Shown: one piece after another, positions 49,054 to 62,210 of the stretch
Numbering within the stretch: position 1 is the first letter of the stretch
How the letters are laid out: each line of letters begins with the position of its first letter
NCBI GenBank assembly: GCA_002633005.1
Contig: NMRA01000318.1
Location: forward strand, 145,620-209,619
DNA from: Phoronis australis
Taxonomy: Eukaryota > Animalia > Phoronida
Direction of reading: 5' to 3'
DNA: 64,000 nucleotides
The notes under the pieces: generated by a model
Seen by the model: the letters and a program-made list of their open reading frames with translations, nothing else
Database searches by the model: none
What the model was told of the DNA's origin: nothing
Translations under genes and position numbers: made by a program

Positions 49054-49466
49054 CCCGGGGATACTTACCGAGGTACCACATACAGTACGTGCCTCTCAGA
49101 TGGGTAGCTTTTTCATGACCAGGTTCGACGAACGGGTATCTTTTCTAACACTGTAAAGGCAAAAAACTATACACAGACGGGTTTTATACATTGTGTAAAA
49201 ACATATCCCAAATGATTGTTTATTCCAGTTTAACTCAACAAATGTAGGGTTAACAACTCTGCAAAAGAATTATGCTATAGGCACAAATCAAAGCGTCTTC
49301 AAAGCTCAAAATAACTCGGCCCTTTTCAGTCGTGCTACGACGAGCTAATGACCGTTTTGACGGCTAAAGAAGTATTATTCCAATGCCGTATATCCAATTA
49401 TTGTTATTGTAATAAATACGAGAATTGAATTATACGTTGTACAACGTAGCTAATGAGAGCCCCGGG
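49054..49466. mobile_element. Probable non-autonomous DNA element with CCCGGG termini
   Basis: cccgggga ... cccggg, flanked by the similar 8-mers aatgaagt / aatgaatg. Confidence 0.45.
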
Positions 49467-49863
49467 AATGAATGTCTAATCAACAAACGAGGAAAGTGAA
49501 ATGTGCTGCCGTGACATGTGTCTGTTATTGGCACACCGTATTTGCGTGGTGAGATTAGAAGTTCTACAGCTTCGACAGTGCTAATGGTTAACTCTTGTCT
49601 CTGCTGCTTTTTGTAAGTAGGACATTTTTCTGCTTAATGCAATCAAGCGATTATTGATCACCGATACAGAAGTATTCCGTGTGTTTGTTATAAAATAAAC
49701 TGATGAGATTACCAGTGATTTTCGGAATGATCCGCAGTGAACTGCACCCCGACAGAAGACGGTTGTGAGCTTCGTCTCGAGTTTCAAGCAAAACCCATTT
49801 TTTGTCTTTCACGTGAAATAGCATAACTTGCACCCGTTAAAAGTGCACTGAATAGCTGCAATT

Positions 49864-50019
49864 CAGTGCTGTAGTGGTAAAATTTGGGGTAAGTACGTGC
49901 CTAAAGCCTACCGTATCACCTTGAGCACTGAACGTAACTTACGGTGCGTAGGCGCTACGTTCAAATGCCAAAAGGTGGTTGGCTGCGCCTACGTGCGCCT
50001 ACGCCCCACTTCAGCACTG
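49864..50019. mobile_element. hAT-type MITE with 8-bp target duplication CTGCAATT
   Basis: ctgcaatt-CAGTGCTGTAGTGG ... CCACTTCAGCACTG-ctgcaatt (TIR 13/14). Confidence 0.9.
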
Positions 50020-50889
50020 CTGCAATTGCTCTTCGTGGAGCTATTTTTGATGGTCACGAAGGACGTAAGATGAGTTTATGGAATATTTTACATTCCTGCA
50101 TTTAAGATTTTTACTAATGTCATTTTCATTAATACGCACTTGAATCAACTGATGACAAATCTTCACTTTATGAGCCAGCTAAGTCATGACGTAGTTCATT
50201 AGTGTAGTAGCACACACAGAATGTTTAATACTAGAAAAATTGTTTAGTTCAATGTGATTAAAGCCGAATTTGTGATTAGTTTGCTTAAACCTATAATCTC
50301 CAAGTCTCAGCCATAGGGACCATATTCCCCGGTCATTAACTGGATTACATTTCTGATACTTTTCTGTTTTTCAATTACCAGTAATCGTACGCCAATGGAT
50401 TTTCTACCTCCTAAGCGACAAACATCTTGCAGAAAACATGTCAATAAGTTGGATGTGTTGACGAGTTGATGAATTAATTATACACAAGGGCCATCGAATG
50501 AATTCTCATTGCTTGCAAAGATATCAATCCACAGAGGTTTAGGTTACGGACGGGTTTGAACTCACACGTTTCGGAGATTTCCACAAATCATTCGAGCATT
50601 GTCTCATATGTAATGGAATCTGTCAATTTTAGAAAAAAATCTTGATGGATTTCACCAAAGTCCTGACACTGCACATTATTTCATTTGCGCTTTCATTTGT
50701 TTTCATTTCAGATGCAAGCATATATGAATCTCCAAACTCGTGCTTAAATGAAGAGTTTACTGGACTTCACTGATGCGTAAGCTACGTCTTATCACGACCG
50801 GGTGAGCTTCGTGATTAGCTCGTGCTGAATGACTACTTAGGCGACATAATAATTACTAACGGCAGACGAGTTCTACAGAAACTTTAACG

Positions 50890-51330
50890 ATGGTTCAACT
50901 GTTTTATTACGAAAATCGTGGCAAGAATTTCCGCAAGTTTTTTAAACACGAAGGATACTCTATGAAGATTATACTATTCCCTTACGAAGGTCTCGCACAG
51001 CCTGCAGTCAGAACGTCTTGGTCGGTGAAGTACCCCTGGTGGCGTAGGAATATATGTAAGATAACGGAGGTGATAGGGTCGAAGAAAGTGTCGTCCAATG
51101 CTAAAATGTACGACCGTGGTCACGGATCGTTATGCATCAGAGGACGCTTCAAGGATCGGGTACTCTCGAAAGACTATGCTTCAGAATTTGTGCTAAGCTT
51201 GTCCACCGATGTCTCCAATCAAGATTTTGAATTGGGATATTGTATGACGGGAACGTTAGAACGCCAAAATCGCACCACTGGAAAACTGGAACTAACCCAC
51301 TTTGCAATGATAAAGAGGAAAGGGTACTAA
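50890..51330 (+). CDS. Uncharacterised 146-aa basic protein, CDS in one exon
   Basis: Longest ATG-initiated ORF outside the known exons, with globular-looking composition and an in-frame upstream stop. Strong acceptor tttcatttgttttcatttcag ending 50711; AATAAA at 51466. The C-terminus (SNQDFELGYCMTGTLER..LTHFAMIKRKGY) recalls uncharacterised invertebrate proteins (memory, unverified). Confidence 0.78.
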   Translation: MVQLFYYENRGKNFRKFFKHEGYSMKIILFPYEGLAQPAVRTSWSVKYPWWRRNICKITEVIGSKKVSSNAKMYDRGHGSLCIRGRFKDRVLSKDYASEFVLSLSTDVSNQDFELGYCMTGTLERQNRTTGKLELTHFAMIKRKGY

Positions 51331-52554
51331 GACAATGTCAAAAGCTTGTTAGGAAAAGAAAGTATGATTTGCCTCCATTTGTCGATGGAGTGTCGGCCGC
51401 AGGTTAAGACCAGAGCACACGATAATATTTTTGATTGGGATTTCTGACCATTTTTTGTTGGCGACAATAAATTGTTGCGCACACGGAACTGTTTTTGTCG
51501 TGACCGAGGCGCTTCGTAGCGGCTTCGTGCATCGTTATCGAAATTATCAACATGTCATAAACAACAATTTGTCTTTCAGTGTGAAGTTGTGATGGCAAAA
51601 GATTCACGTTCGCTTAAATGGCTGCCGAGAACACCACTAAATGTTAGCACTAGACCCGCTGCTGAGGATACACAGAGAGAAGTGTAGCTTTAAATAAGGG
51701 GTTCATAATTGACAGTTAATGCTATGAGACACCTGAATCACAGTCATGAGTCGTGAAAAGTAGTAGCACTCAGTGGTTTCTCATTAGCCCTATATGTATC
51801 TACTGTGTATCTACTAAAATATTGTTAGTGAACCTCGTTTGTCAGCTTGCTTAAACATTATTACTACTAGGATCAAGAACGTCATATTACGGCATGTTCA
51901 GCTCAGACTCTAACTCGCTGCCACGCTCCAGCTTATGTATTTTTGTCGTATCTGAAATTATATTTGTTGATTTCAACTTCCGTTACGAGACAACAAAGCG
52001 TTACAAGACGTCTTTCGATAAAAAAAATATTTTGTATTCCCACAGGTCCTTGAACCTTTCTGTTCCTCGTTTCCACCACTTGCACCCGAACACTGTGTAA
52101 TAAACCATAAAGGTTGGGCACTAAAAATCGATCTACTCAGAATTTCCTTCTCAAGTATTCATGGAACTCTACGAAATCCGTATCGAACATATGTTTGAAT
52201 ATTTTTCGTCACTTGATCACATCAAATTGTCTTCGAGTGGTGACTAAGTGGCCACAAAAATCTCAAAAGAAACATCAAGCTCACAAATTCAGTGAAGCCA
52301 TTTTGTGATTTCATGGCAGACAATCTTTGCGTACATCCGGGTTTTTGACAGATGCTTCCGAAGTAATTCCGAAAGTTAGTGTCCGCAAATCTCTTTCCAC
52401 GCACAAACTAAACAAAGATTATGTCAGATATCGTTTTGAAATCGCCTATCAGTGCTACACAAACATTTGTGCCTAAACACAAAAACATAATCGTTTCTTT
52501 GTTTTACTGCCGAAAAGAAGTTACCGTCTGCGCGTGTAATACTGGATAGATTTC

Positions 52555-52695
52555 CGTAATAACGTTAGGACCTATGCTCTAGAACTTCGATAAAAAGCAA
52601 GACTTCGAGAGATTATGTGAGACTTTGCTCTTTTCTTTAAATGAGAACATGTGACTTTGACTAGATTTTCTAGCCCCGAGACAACTACTAAACTC
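52555..52695 (+). repeat. Short interspersed repeat, related to 56117-56260
   Basis: ctagaacttcgataaaaagcaagacttcgagagattatgtgaga..gaacatgtgactttgactag. Confidence 0.7.
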
Positions 52696-55600
52696 TACCC
52701 TGACTGATTTCAGTCGCACGGCTTGCGTTTATGGCACTTCCGAGAGGCGATTTCCCGCGATAATGAACGTGCAGCATATGCGCTGACGAATGACTTCGGG
52801 GTGTGACGTAGGTCACATAAAGTGCCTCTTGACTGAAAGGTTTGGACGCTTGGCTCTGACTCGTTGAAGTCTCGGTGTCGGCAAAACTATCTACATATAC
52901 ATCTGACTTAAAGCTGACGCAAAAGTTATGTCCGCCATCGACAAAATAGCGGCCTTGACTTGAGAGTTTTGCGACGATGAATGCATCGGAGCTGTACGTA
53001 CTACCAACCTGCCGAAGGCATACACGAAGATTTTAGTTGGAGGTGAGACGGTTTAAATCCAGGGTTCTGACTCTGCAAAATTGACGGTGTCCTACCTCTG
53101 TGTGTTTTTTGTGTGGTTGAGTCATTGGATGCTGCGTGTGCCTTTGCATATTATCTGAAAACTAGCGATTTTTTCTTCAAACTTTCTTGAATCGGCATTC
53201 CCGAAGCGATCTTACACCGGTGATAAAAATAGTATCGTGAGTTCTGGCTTTTAAAGAGGGCTACTAAACTGCTTCTACTTCAAGTAAAAATAAGCCACGC
53301 AACTAATTAGACGACTTCATTGGTTGTTCTCAGTCTGGACAAAAGTGCAACCGGTGTATTGATCTAAGAATTCTCTAAATGAAGGGTTATGTCGTCATCT
53401 ACAATGAATTTACATTAGTTCTTAACTTGTGATTTGTATTGATTTCTCACTAAAAGATTTTGTGGTTCCCGAATGTTAGATAATAATTCTTCAAAGTGTA
53501 ATCAAAATGAGGGGCAAGGTAGCCTTGGTGCAAAGCTGTATTAATATACGTTAGTCTTCATACAGTTTGCTGGCTGGCTAAGGGCAAGGTGGAGTTTGGA
53601 TTTTGAAAGTTGCGTGAACTATTGCTACATTAAGTGGCGAAAGATATGGGGTATATTGTTATGTTATCTCCGAATTATTATCGAATTGTCCACCAAGAGA
53701 TGAAAAGGTTAAAGACGAAGACGCCAGGCTAGGATGATAAAAAGTTTCATGACGTTTTTCAAAAGCTTTAATTTGTCGAACATAAACTTTTGTTTCTGAT
53801 TCCCGATTAGTGACTCGGGACCGGAAGTTGGGAAATTGTGGTTGCACTACATTATTTGCTTTGATCTTTTTCAAGATGACCAGTTTCGCCTGGTTCAGAG
53901 CAGAGGGGTTAGTTAAGCTTCGACGAATGCGGGAAGTAAGTGAATTAGTAGCTTACAGAAACAAGCTGGTAAGACGGGGTTTCAGAAGTTTTGTGTCTTG
54001 CCTTTAGTTACTTCGACTGATAAATATTTGTCAAGTTAAGCATTAGACACTCGTTTAACCTACGTTTTGTTCTCAGCCGGATTGAAAGCATACGTAATCA
54101 CCAATATGAAGATATTGTAAAACAAACTAACGTTTATTTTATATGAAATGTTGGAGTTACTGGGCGAGTAAGCTATTATAGGTAGTAGCAAACTTTATTA
54201 GAATTTCCCAAGCAGCCAATATGAATTCATAATGGACATTTTATTGGTACCATTGGCTACGAATCGACTGTACTGGCTTCTATACAGTAACGCATGTATA
54301 TCATTGTATACGCTGTCAAAGTCTGTCTGGAAAGAGAAATGTATGTACGCATACGCCCACATGTTGCTCGGCTTTGACTGGATTGGGCTGTAGGCCTATG
54401 TGATCTAGAAGATTTGAGTTGACAGGAAGCATAGTGCGCATGCTTGCTATCATTAAACTGAAGGATGTGGGATATTTTTTCTTCGTCTTTACATAAATGT
54501 TTGTGTAGAATCTTAGGGGAGCTAGTGGTCGTCGATTGGTTTCTCATTCGTTTTTTATGATCTATAAAAATATCCTGTTTAGAAGAAGCGCCAGGGGATA
54601 TTGAAAACGCGAATGTGCATGCTGTCGCAATGGAAACACAGGTGTTTGAATATAATCGTTGGTGTGATCATTTTGTGCATGAGATGTTTCAACAAATAGA
54701 CATTTTAGATGTAAATCGATTTTTTAAGATCAAAAGCTTTCACGAATTTATTGGATGAGTGACTTTAAATGACTGCCTTATTTAATTTCTCTTTTGGATA
54801 GCCGTCAAAGACGTTCCTCGTTGTCATCTCTCAGCTTAACTATTTCTTCAATTAGTCTACCTTTTGTTCCCTGTAGAGCAAGTCAAATAGAAGGTAATGT
54901 GTAGTTCCTCTAATGTGAGACTTGGATGCAAGCATGTTTTATGTAAGCCTGGCGTTGGCTTATTACTGGCGTTAACTACAAGCTAGTGGACATCAAAGTA
55001 TCGACTATCAATCAGAAAAATTGGTATTGAGTGTGTGAAACATTTCTTTGGTTGCTAGAGTTGCTCTGTAGATTTGCCTCCACGATCGAGATCGAAATCA
55101 CTTACAGCACGTTGAAATTTTGTAAGACGGGACTGCGCGTGCACATCCCGGGCTCACAACTACAATGCATTTTGTAGTGACACGTATTTATTTGCTGGTG
55201 TATGGAAAGGGGCTAGACACTTGCAACCAGAAATTTGGCTTACGCAACTGAACTTGAACGTCAAATAGTAGTTTTAGTACTACAATTCAGCATGTCAGCT
55301 TCGTCGTCTGATCACTTCAGCGGAATTAGCCAACGCTAGCAAGGTATCGAGTTTACTCGCGAAGCACTCGCTTTTTACTCGTGTGATTGTCCGTGGTCTT
55401 GAAAGATCTCGCTCCACGAACGCACCCTTGTTTTGTCTAATTGATTTTCCGTTTTTCTGAAGAAACAAAATCTGAAATAAGGCGATTTATCACTTTCCGC
55501 ATTTGTACTATGTTTGGGATGGAGGTCCTTAGGCGATGTTTTGGTCTGTGGAATCGTCTCAAACTTGCTTGATGGTAGTTGAGCCCACGGGAGTGCGTGT

Positions 55601-56116
55601 ATTCTCCCTTTAAAGGCTGTTGTATGTATATAGGCCTGTGTAATGTGATAATGTCGAGTTGTTGTGCATTATTTCACGTTCGACGCCTTTTCTTTATAGA
55701 ACACACATGTATAGCCAGCATTTCGCTTTTGCGTTGTGATTTTTGTGAAGTACTATTTAAGTAAAGAATCAATTTAAATTATCGTTATTTAAAAAATTCC
55801 TGTCTGTCGCGGTAACCTTCTTGGTATTGTTGCTTTGCGCCTAACAACTTTGTTAAAAGGTGTCGGCCAGAATACCATTCGACCTCCATGGCAACAGCTT
55901 CTGACGGTGTCCATGGTTTTAATGATAACTTAAGTGCCGTATCTGACGACATCTTTCAGTCTATTGGTAAGATTCTGGGAGATTCTGATATCTTGGTAAC
56001 GTTAGGGAATACACTTATTATAACAAAACCAGCTTTAGTTCTAAGTGATACGACTGAATAAATCGCTCGCTTGCCGATTTTGGGATCACGAGTTCGAGAT
56101 TGGGTAGACCTGCCTC

Positions 56117-56260
56117 CCGTTCAGTAACGCTAGTACTTCGCTAAAAAGCAAGACTTCGCGAGATTACGTGAGATATTGACGTATATTTTAAATAAGAACA
56201 CGTGACTTTGACTACGTTTTAGCTAGGTCCTAGCGTAGGTCCTAGCGTCTACTGAACGCA
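56117..56260 (+). repeat. Short MITE-like repeat with inverted ends (cgttcagta..tactgaacg)
   Basis: Related to 52555-52695; internal taggtcctagcg duplication. Confidence 0.7.
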
Positions 56261-58210
56261 CGCCGGGTCACAAATTATGAACATTACACATCACTGAGCT
56301 ACTATATACTGCAGTTTGTCGCGTCCACATTAATGGGCAGAGGGGTGTAACGGAAATGCCTCTCGACCCCTGAGATTAACCACTCTGGGGGGATAACCAT
56401 TCCGTACTTGGAGAGAATCTCTGAACAACCATGAACCGTGATCAGAAAATGTGATGTCAACATGCATTGTAAAGTGACATAATCCGCGACAACGAAGCAT
56501 GAAAAAATGCAAAAAGGTTGAACAGAGTTACACGAATTTATCTTGCAAGAATCTGCGGGGTCGATGACCCTTGACTTCAGGGTGTTGAACCACGTGACCT
56601 ACAGATCACCTCACTCGCAACCTCACTTTGCCCGACATGTAATTTTAGAGTTCAGGCATGACGTCTAACAGCACAGTGTTTTGATAATAGTTACTGCTCC
56701 CAAAAACTGCATAGATTATCGGGTTTTCATAAAGGATTTGGCCATTAAGGAAAGGGGTTTTGTGATTCGAAAATGATTTCGATACTCAGCGAAGGATCCA
56801 ATCACTTACCATTATTGAAAGACAACTTGAAGGAACATTATGTGCTTTTTAAGAACAATTTTAGGGCTGCACTTAGAACCAGCCGAAAGTAAACACGAAT
56901 GCCACGCTACTTTGAAAGAGGAATACAAATCCATCTCGACTGTCTACTCGAGCAAGATCGCCATTCCTGTACATATTTTCTTCTCGCACGGCCGTCCAGC
57001 GCTTATTCTAGAGAAGTTAGTACTGTAGTGGGCTTCCATTCGCCTCTTGCTCTCTCGTACACTAAGATAAGTCCTGGGCGAAATTTCTTCACTGACTTTG
57101 ATCTGCAGCAACAACAATTTATTTACTCTTTTCATGTGCAGGATCTGGATTCAAAACTAATCTTAACCAGTGACAATAACCACATCAAAACTTCACTAAG
57201 AGCAACCTTCTGGTTTTGCAGTATTTATCCACAATGCTGCACATCAATGCTGGGCATGTGCAGTGGTTCCAGCACAACTAGCTCATAGCTGGGGTAAATA
57301 TACCGCGGGTATCAGCGAATTCACACTCTTTGATCCACAACTGTACATCAGTACACTGTTGCTGCACTAATCACAGCGGTACAATCTTGGTCAATTTAAT
57401 GCTGGTATTATTTCCGTCATTGCACAGTGAGTTGCTACACCAATGCCAAAAAATTGAAAAGCTGGGTGGAGCGCGATATGTCGTTCTTTTCGTGCCTGTT
57501 TGCGGAGTTTAGAAACGATCAGCAGTCAATCCTACAATGATGCTTTTTTCTACCTCCGCCAAGGAGAGTTGAATTCAGGATGGTATTACATGATTGTTTT
57601 TTTAACTTTGCTGTTGTGCACCATAGTTGTGCACCACAAACGCCATACGGAAATTGATGAATATGTACCGAGTGAGCTGACAATAGCGTAATGTCTGATA
57701 GTGTAGTGGGGTCATAGCAAAAGTAATCAATCTCGGTTCTAAACAAAATCCCAATATAGCATACAAAAACAATCCCAGGAATCAAATATTTGCATTTCTC
57801 TTTTTATCCATAAGTTAATTTGGTACGCTGAATATATAACAAATTGGATTATTCCATGTCACATTTATTGATTCATAGAATCATTGAACCCGACACGAAA
57901 AGGGTTGTTACTGCAGAGTGAAAGTGTTCTGCAGATGTTATCTCGAAAATTACCAGTTAAGAGAACTAAATGAGAGATAACACGCAACATATATCCCCAT
58001 AAAGTTTGAATCCTTTTGTCAAGTAGCCATCAATAAGCAACGTAACGTCAGATTGTTTTCGAAAGATAGCGCTGCATCTTTTCGAAACAATTGCCTACAT
58101 GGAACCAAGTTGACGACACTCATCGCCATACTAATTACAAGCAGGCGCCCAACTTCACGTCACTGTCGACGTGCAACAAATATCAACACATTTGCGGAGA
58201 TTGCTCAGAC

Positions 58211-58588
58211 CTATAAATAGGTACTGTGAGGCCTTGTTTCATGATTACTTGCCATCATGGCTGCAATAGCTTCCTCTGAAGAAAAAGTCCTCGGGCTTCT
58301 GTAAGGCGGGATAGTTGGAAGCTCATAAGCGTCAATAAAATGTTCTCCAACCGATTCACGCTGTGGCCTCCTGGGTTGGCGCCTGCGCCCCGATCGTCTG
58401 TAAAGCAACCACGTGATTAAGATGATGGCGGAAATGCACAGAATAGAGGCAGAACCAATGATAAGCCAGTAGATGGTAAACGTCTCGTCCCGCTTAATAC
58501 GTTCTTCTTCAAATGCCGTCCGGTCAGTTTCGGCTTCAAGTGACGAATATGACGTCATCATCCTGGTTGATGGCGTCGGTCCAAGCAT
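58211..58588 (-). CDS. Small single-pass (type III-like) membrane protein, 125 aa, intronless
   Basis: Hydrophobic TIYWLIIGSASILCISAIILITWLLY followed by basic RRSGRRR. TATATAA 56 nt upstream of the ATG; AATAAA on - at 57869-57864. Confidence 0.68.
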   Translation of the reverse strand: MLGPTPSTRMMTSYSSLEAETDRTAFEEERIKRDETFTIYWLIIGSASILCISAIILITWLLYRRSGRRRQPRRPQRESVGEHFIDAYELPTIPPYRSPRTFSSEEAIAAMMASNHETRPHSTYL

Positions 58589-58643
58589 AACTTTATCGGA
58601 TACAAAGAATTTAAACGTGTGTCTTGGTACTTGATCGTGTCAC

Positions 58644-58650
58644 TTATATA
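58644..58650 (-). promoter_or_regulatory. TATA box of the 125-aa membrane protein gene
   Basis: TATATAA on - strand at plausible spacing from ATG 58588. Confidence 0.5.
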
Positions 58651-59883
58651 CAGAGATGAGTGTTTTCAGTTATTACACTGGGTTTCTGAAAAATGTATGT
58701 GCGAAATGAGGAGTCAGCCAGAGTAGATCATAAATAGTAAGCAATGCATCATTCCCTGAAGGTCACAGGTGTGAAAGCAAGGGGCACGTCGGATTGGCTT
58801 CCACGGATATTTGCCAAACATAATAAATGGGAACTAACTAGACTGGGTTTATGGAAGATGTAAACATTCCGTGAGGTAATAACATACAGTGTATACATGG
58901 TGTTCCTTACGTTTTTAAGTACGTGCGTACTGCGATGGCGTCACTGATACGTTCAAATTAAGCGCATTGTCACAAGACTCACCGGCAGTCTTGCCAGAGT
59001 CGGGAATCAATTCTCTGTCGATAGGCAAGCCTATCCCATAAACCCCCACCTAATTAAAACAAATGGCACAATAGGAACATTCCTGACAACTGCCTTGATT
59101 TTACTAACAGTTGACACGTAAATGTGTACTCCAGTCAATATTGTTCATCATCGGCACTGTTGTCCGTGGATAACCGTGTTCATTAAAATACGAGTGTTTC
59201 CTTCATTTTAACTATTTGTGTTCATTAAAATGCGTGTCATGATGATGTGACATCTGTTTACATACCAGAGAACCAATTTCCCGTTGCTAACGTGAATTTG
59301 CTATAGGTGCTACATTTTACGAACGGATAAATCACCCAGAACATTTTTCGTACCCGAGGAAATACGCGGCGACTAAATAAAACCAGTTGTATTTGAAAAC
59401 ATCCAACATTTTATACCAAGCGACGAATCGTGGTCATTACTACATTATGCACTGATTAGTTAGCTTGCATGTAAAAATGATGGGGCAAGAATGAACACCA
59501 CGTACTTATATACGGTAGTTGTTATGTTTTCGACACATCTCGATTTCGGATACAAATAAAACCACGCCCATTACCACTCCCACTGCCTTTAATTTACCAC
59601 TACCACTACCAAAAACTTGCACTGCTAATACCACTCTACTACTAAAGATCAAGAGCGCACTCTATTGGAAACTTTACGACTCTGGTCAATTGCCGGTTCA
59701 TCATCTTGAAAGACCGACTACCATATTCTGAATTCGTGGATTCTGGAAAATTCGGCACGTAAGTCGGGGTCACTGAGTCATTTCCCATGTCGACTTTGCT
59801 GAGTGATGCTCGATCGTATTCAAGACCTTACTCGGTATCCTTTTCATTGCATGACCAAATTTATTGTAATTTGATCTGTCTGT

Positions 59884-60190
59884 TTTAGTCTTACCGGGAC
59901 TTTCCCTAGATAAACCCATGGGCGTGTATTTTGGTAAATGAAAATTTTCAGGCGTTTTAGTAACACCAAATAAACACCCAGGCGTTTATTCGGAAAAAGG
60001 GACTTTTAAACGGAAAAAAGGGGCTTTTAAAAGAAGTAATAGTTTTCCCGACTTTGGCATATTTTATTTAAAAATGTGTTTTTGAATTTTATGTTAATAA
60101 ATACATAGTTCGCCAACACCTTGTTCGTTTTTACAAGTGATAAATGCTCCATAAAACTGAATTTGTGACAAGCAGTTGACACTAAGGTAG
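59884..60190 (+). mobile_element. Interspersed DNA-element-like repeat (family D)
   Basis: Aligns over ~270 bp with 62944-63215 (cccatgggcgtgtattt..tttacaagtgataaatgct..). Confidence 0.8.
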
Positions 60191-61085
60191 CATATTAAAT
60201 AATTTGCACTTTTTAATTTTCGTACGTAATACTCACCTATGGCCAGAAATACAATTCCCCACTAAATGATGATTGCTTTTTAGATTAAATTCCCAACAAA
60301 GGGTTCAGTTTAGGTGTACAGACTTCAACAGGATTCCTGTTCCCTTCTACACACAACAAAGTATTCAAATATCTAAATTTCCGAATGATATCACATAGTG
60401 GTTCCACTCAAAATATTATCTCTGTTTTTAAAACGTTGGTTGCAAAAAAAATCTACTCTTCACATCAACTTTGGTGTTACTTCTTGTCCTGCCTTTATTT
60501 AAATGAATTAAAAAGACAGATGTCACAAAACCCTAAGCCAGAAAGAATAGTTAAACCCTGCTAAAGGGTTGTGCTTCTAAAACATTTATGTAACAGACAA
60601 AGTCAACACGCATAGTTTACATGGGTTCTCCATGTATTTAAAAAATTATATATTAAGCACTTACAGATGTCTGTGTAACGTTCTTCATTGTTATGCATGT
60701 TCTAATTGAAGTAACCGTGATCACCTGCCTAACATCTTAGTCATATGCTTTTCTAACCGTGCGGTCTCCCTTGTACCAATAGTCTCCGTGTTTAATTCTT
60801 TGTAAGATACATTTAATTTACGTTTTTAAATAAACTTGTATTGTATCTTATTTCATTTTAGATGTACGCTTTTGTTGTTAATTATATTGCTCTTCTTAAT
60901 TGTTAATATCCATTTAATTTATTGTTACTCGGCGGTCAGCTAGTAGCGGCCCGTGCCTTTGCTGTCCACAATGTGTGTTTTATATGATTTAAAAAATAAA
61001 AGTTTCTCTATCTTACAAAATTCCACGAAAACGGGACTATTTCAGGGAAGTGTGTTTTTTTGCAAATGGGTAGTTTTGGAGTCCA

Positions 61086-61221
61086 TTCAAGTGTTGGATT
61101 TAAGGGGGGCCAANCATATTCCATTTGGCAATACAGGGGTACGAATGTCTCACGGGTAAAATCCTGGCTAATACTCAGCCCTGCCCCCTTCTCCCAACTC
61201 AAAATCCTGTATTCGCCCCTG
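61086..61221 (+). mobile_element. MITE family B, degenerate copy
   Basis: aaaatcctggctaata..aactcaaaatcctgtattcgcccctg. Confidence 0.7.
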
Positions 61222-61422
61222 CACTCTCTAAGTGGGTGTGTATCCTTGTTAACTTCCAGCGTAAAAATTAGTTAAGTAACGCTGACCGGTGTCCAGTTTG
61301 GGCCAAAACAAATTTGTAGATCTGTTATAGAGTTGACATTAATTTTTTTATATGTTCTACGTGTTGAAATTTGCCTGAAATTTCTAAGGATAACGGGGTC
61401 AAAGAAGCAAAAACGCAGAAAA

Positions 61423-61800
61423 CTGATAACAATTCTTTACCCAGCATTGTGAACAACAATTTCTGGGAATAGCATTTAGGCATTTTTTCATGACGATCCT
61501 TGGAAAGAACGCAAACTGAAACGCGACCATTGTAATGTCAGTTGAATTGAATGAAATCATTCTTGAGTAGTAAAAGAGAACGTCTGCAGACATACACGTA
61601 TGTATTTATCGGATAACGATTCTTTACCCTGCATTGAGAACAACAACTCCGAGGCGCAGTTTTCAAGCATTTTTTCATGACGATTCTTGGAAAGAGTGTA
61701 ATCTGAAACGCGACTGATGTGATGTCGGTTGAATGAAATGTAACCATGCTTGCATGTATTCATCTGATAACGATTCTTTACTCTGCATTGAGAACAACGA
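61423..61800 (+). repeat. Tandem repeat, ~150-190-bp unit, ~2.2 copies
   Basis: gataacRattctttac..gcattg.gaacaac at ~61425, ~61612, ~61766. Confidence 0.85.
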
Positions 61801-61817
61801 TAACAACAATAAAAGTT

Positions 61818-61961
61818 TCTCTCCCTCTCCCTCTCCCTCTCCCTCTCCCTNNNNNNNNNNNNNNNNNNNNNNNNNNNNNNNNNNNNNNNNNNNNNNNNNN
61901 NNNNNNNNNNNNNNNNNNNNNNNNNNNNNNCTCCCTCTCTCTCTCTCCCTCTCTCTCTCTC
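61818..61961. repeat. (CTCTCC)n/(CT)n microsatellite spanning an 80-N assembly gap (61851-61930)
   Basis: Direct reading. Confidence 0.95.
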
Positions 61962-62089
61962 CACGAAAACGGGACTATTTCAGGGAAGTGTTTTTTTTAC
62001 AAATGGGCACGATAGAAAAATTTTCACCCAATACCATCGAGATCTTGGACAATGCTATCAACTTTGAAAAGGTATGTTGAACCTTCTTT

Positions 62090-62210
62090 TAACCATATAT
62101 CAATAAAGCATAAAAATATTTCCAGGTGATCAGTGCAATGGGCCCACATGCGAGGCCTGCGCACGTCTGATACAACGTGTATAAGACCGCCTGCAATTTT
62201 CTTTTATTCT
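62090..62210 (+). mobile_element. 5'-truncated copy of the 46320 SINE
   Basis: aaccatatatcaataaagcataaaaa..cagtgcaatgggcccaca..gaccgcctgcaatt. Confidence 0.88.

Noticed and set aside
56899-57288. 129-aa plus-strand ORF
   Set aside because: No protein-like features, homology or supporting promoter/splice signals recognised.
57378-57500. Minus-strand WCSNSLCNDG peptide resembling a Ly6/three-finger CCxxxxCN end
   Set aside because: Bounded by stops, lacks the other cysteines and a clear acceptor; likely chance.
59896-59905. Perfect NF-kB site GGGACTTTCC 1.3 kb upstream of the membrane-protein ORF
   Set aside because: Lies at the end of a family D repeat whose other copy differs there; one 10-mer is not enough evidence.
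61557-62080. ORFs with ER/SP/LP dipeptide runs
   Set aside because: Artefacts of the CT microsatellite and N gap.
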